A DNA stretch of 62,221 nucleotides, the filler included, from Choristocarpus tenellus KU-1152 (lineage: Eukaryota > Protista > Phaeophyceae), in assembly GCA_964200185.2 (NCBI GenBank). It is 8 parts of 8 records of this genome, joined end to end, with 100 filler letters (N's around TTAATTAATTAA, not from the genome) between each part and the next. Parts side by side here need not be neighbours in the genome. Positions count along the whole stretch, not along the records: positions 59,021 to 62,221 come from CAXNAD020021583.1; 7 more parts are not named here. One strand, written 5' to 3'. Below are positions 59,159 to 62,221 of this stretch, one piece after another (within the stretch, counting starts at the first letter, position 1; every line of letters starts with the position of its first letter). The notes beneath the pieces were generated by a model, which ran no database searches, was not told the DNA's origin, and saw nothing but the letters and a program-made list of their open reading frames with translations. The position numbers and the translations under genes were made by a program.

Positions 59159-62100
59159 ATGCACTGACGAAGCCTCTCGCAGAGGAACCTTTTCTAGAGA
59201 TACGGAGGCTTTGCTGAACTTGGGAGCTATGTGCAATAGTTGTGTCGTGGTGGATTCGAATTTCGTGTTCGTCTCTTGAACTTCTTTTTTCTTTGAGTTC
59301 TGTAGGTAGTTGTGTTCTTCCCATGTGAAATTAACCGTGATGGGTTTCTAGGACACAAAATTGTGGCTTGTAATTGCTCAGGAATATATGAGTCTAATCG
59401 AACAAATGCTGTCAAATGCTGTCAAATGCTGTCGAGCACAGATGATGCCAAGAACAAGAAGTAAGTCATCCACCAAGATCAAACCACAATGCTTTGTTGA
59501 CACCAACATTTTACATTCATCCAGCATGCACAGGTTCGTCCAGTTTCAGTACGTCTGTAAAAGAAACTGATGTTCCCAAGAATTGTGTATGTAAATGACT
59601 CGATTAATTCCTTATTGTGTAGATCAGGTTGTACATGAAGTAAGGAAGGTGGAAGGAAGGAGTGAACATCCAACCCCAAGGGGGAGGGGTCCTTGCCACC
59701 ATATCAATTCTATTCTGCCAATGACTAATTAAACTAATCACATATTACTTCCCACAATGCTTCCTATTCCTGAACTCTTCCATATTCTAGTTCTTGAAAC
59801 TCAACCTTATCTTCTATTCTTCAAAACATAAAAATTGTTTCTTCATCCATAGATTGTTTCTTCTACAGAATCTCCTTTTACACATGAATAAAAGGCATAT
59901 TCTTAACATCAGTATGATCCAACGCACCCTGAAACTGCTTCTCGCCACACAAAATCCCATCAACTCAGCTCCTCGCAAAGATTCACCATGCCACCTGTAT
60001 TCCATGTGTAGTTGGCAGGGAGCTCAACCACATGCAATGCACCTGTGCTCCATTTATCCGACATGCAGCCCATGAGAGGTCTGTTGTAGGTCATCTCCAG
60101 TCCTGCACTGGGCCAGGTAGCACATGAGGGGGATGGCTGAAATCATTGATGAGCGAGAAGTAGGTAAGGAGCAAACGGAGACAGCACTAGTAGTTGTAGC
60201 ATAAGAGTTGGTTACAGAGTTGATATACTATTTGATTAATTATCTCACATTGTGCCTGACAGGTATTGTACCTGTATGTAGAGGTGATTCTACATCATCC
60301 CTACTGAGTGGTGAATCAGCCTAATCTATCATCCTCTGGTAATGAAATGACTGCCAGAATGTGACCAAACTTCCAGCTCTTCCGGCTAAGTTGAGGTTAG
60401 TACCTTCCCCTTTCTCTGCATGTCTTACAGCAAAACACGTCAAAGGTTGCCTAGATGTTCCTGAGTAAGACACACACTCCAACCATTTCGTAATGTTATC
60501 ACGATTAGGCATTGATGCATGAATTCCACATCAAAAACATGTGGCACTGCCTGCTGAGCTTTGAGTTGGAAATGGGTTCTGACCAAGGGTACACTTCTTG
60601 GTATTGGTGGTGGTATCCATGTCCTTCTGGCGGGTGTATGGGATTTAAAACAAACGTTTGAGGTGTAAGTATGACCTGATACATGCTCCTCCTTGGATAA
60701 TTGTGGTCGTTGATCCTGGAGATGATACCTTATACTTGCTTTCCCTATTTCCAACTTTTTTTTCTATTTTTCTTCGTTACAGTTTTTGTTTTTTCTGCGT
60801 GAGTTGCGTTATTCTTTTACCACTAATTTTGTGTGTCACACGTACATACTTCTTTCCTTCTATTGCCCTATCGGAGCACATATCGGATCGTGTTCTTTAT
60901 TGTTTTTTTCTCCGTGGTATCTACCAATGTGTTTTAGCATCATTATTTCATCATGGGCTGAACAAATAATGTGTGTTCATAATGAATCCGTAGTGCATCG
61001 TAGCAAAAAATGTAAGGCCCTGTTTTATACGACTCTAAATTATTATTTTTTTCCGTTTTTCTCATTATTCTTTATGGCTAATTCTCCTCCTCTTTCTACC
61101 TCTCGGACTTTCCGTGTTTTCTTTCTGAGCGTACGTCCAAAAAAGATCAGATCATTGATGTGCCATAGCGTTACCCAAGTCAGGCAGGGTTGTGGTTGAG
61201 TCGAGGGGCGGCGGCACACAGCGAGAACACTGAAAATGGTCATTGTTCTAAAACGACACAGAGAGGAACTTGCAGAAAAACCTGTTGCCGGTCCAACCCA
61301 GACTGGATCTTCCAGAACAACACATTGCACACCGCACAACCACCATGCATCCCTCTTGAGCGAACAGAACCACATGTGAAAAGTTAGGTGACAAAAATTG
61401 AAGCAATAATCAGAGGAACGGAATGAACTTCAAAGCAGTGTCAAAGGACATGTCTACTCCACAACTCTCCTTACCCAGCCAATCACACAGTAGTACCTAT
61501 CGCGACACTCATAGGCTTAAGGAGAAAGGATGTATCCTAGCTAAGAACAAACTGCAGCACGGACTACCTCAACTTACTCACAGGTGCCAGGAAAAATCCA
61601 GGCATGCTGCAAAACAAGAAACAGGACCAGAAGAATAATACACAATACACAGTCTCATGTGTTCAAGTCATGTTCTTGAAATAGAACAAAAAAAATGGAA
61701 GAAATCCATAAGAAAATGTTTAAAAAATCCAAATACAGCAAGAAAATATTCAACCACTACCAGGCGTTTCTGAGGACATGAGCACCAGCACCAACATCAA
61801 ATTCCATTGACGTAACCAGTAGTATTCATGTCCACTACATACATAACCACATGTATACATACAGATTAATACACACACCCATACCATACATACGCACACT
61901 TTTACACATAAAATCATATTTACCCTCCCCAAGAAGGGACAATTCAACCACCCACTTCATCAACATGAAGAAGTGCCTCTATATAGGAGTATCATACACA
62001 ACGGGCACTCAGAATTACATCCTCTATTCAGTGGACCTTTCTTGATCAGGAACTATCAAATATATTGCGCAGATCAACAGAGTCTCTGCAGTAAACAAGT

Positions 62101-62178
62101 GAAATATTTCCATCCCCTCCTCTCCTCCCCCTCCTCCCCCTAAAGGGCTAACCATCATATGAGCTATATTGCACAGGT

Positions 62179-62216
<38 letters not shown>

Positions 62217-62221
62217 AAAAA

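Noticed and set aside
60440-60560. NRD motif as a TnpB/Fanzor RuvC-III
   Set aside because: Lacks RDxNAAxN, the CxxC zinc ribbon and RuvC-I/II motifs.

Overview
Eukaryotic nuclear DNA, intron-rich and dense in transposon relics. Gene style, TTAGGG tracts and transposon types suggest a brown alga or close stramenopile relative (inference only). The window is eight contigs joined by identical ~100-nt linkers (N-run + TTAATTAATTAA + N-run), so adjacency across linkers may be artificial. Genes spliced by hand: complete RPL27A/uL15 (-) head-to-head with complete HACD/PTPLA (+); 5'-truncated ALDH10/BADH-like (+), HDAC-fold protein with altered catalytic residues (-) and MORN-repeat protein (+); partial cyclophilin-like (+) and sulfotransferase-like (+) genes. 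Mobile DNA: decayed Copia gag-pol, Gypsy-like gag with PBS, relics of hAT, PIF/Harbinger and probably CryptonS, two related MITE families with 3-bp TSDs, and a solo LTR nested in a MITE. The most unusual non-coding signals are an LTR-like module carrying a tRNA-Ile(GAT)-like unit plus 4x23-bp repeats, and a degenerate hammerhead-ribozyme-like fold. I found no CRISPR array and no convincing new multi-gene system. All family assignments are from motif recognition, not database searches.
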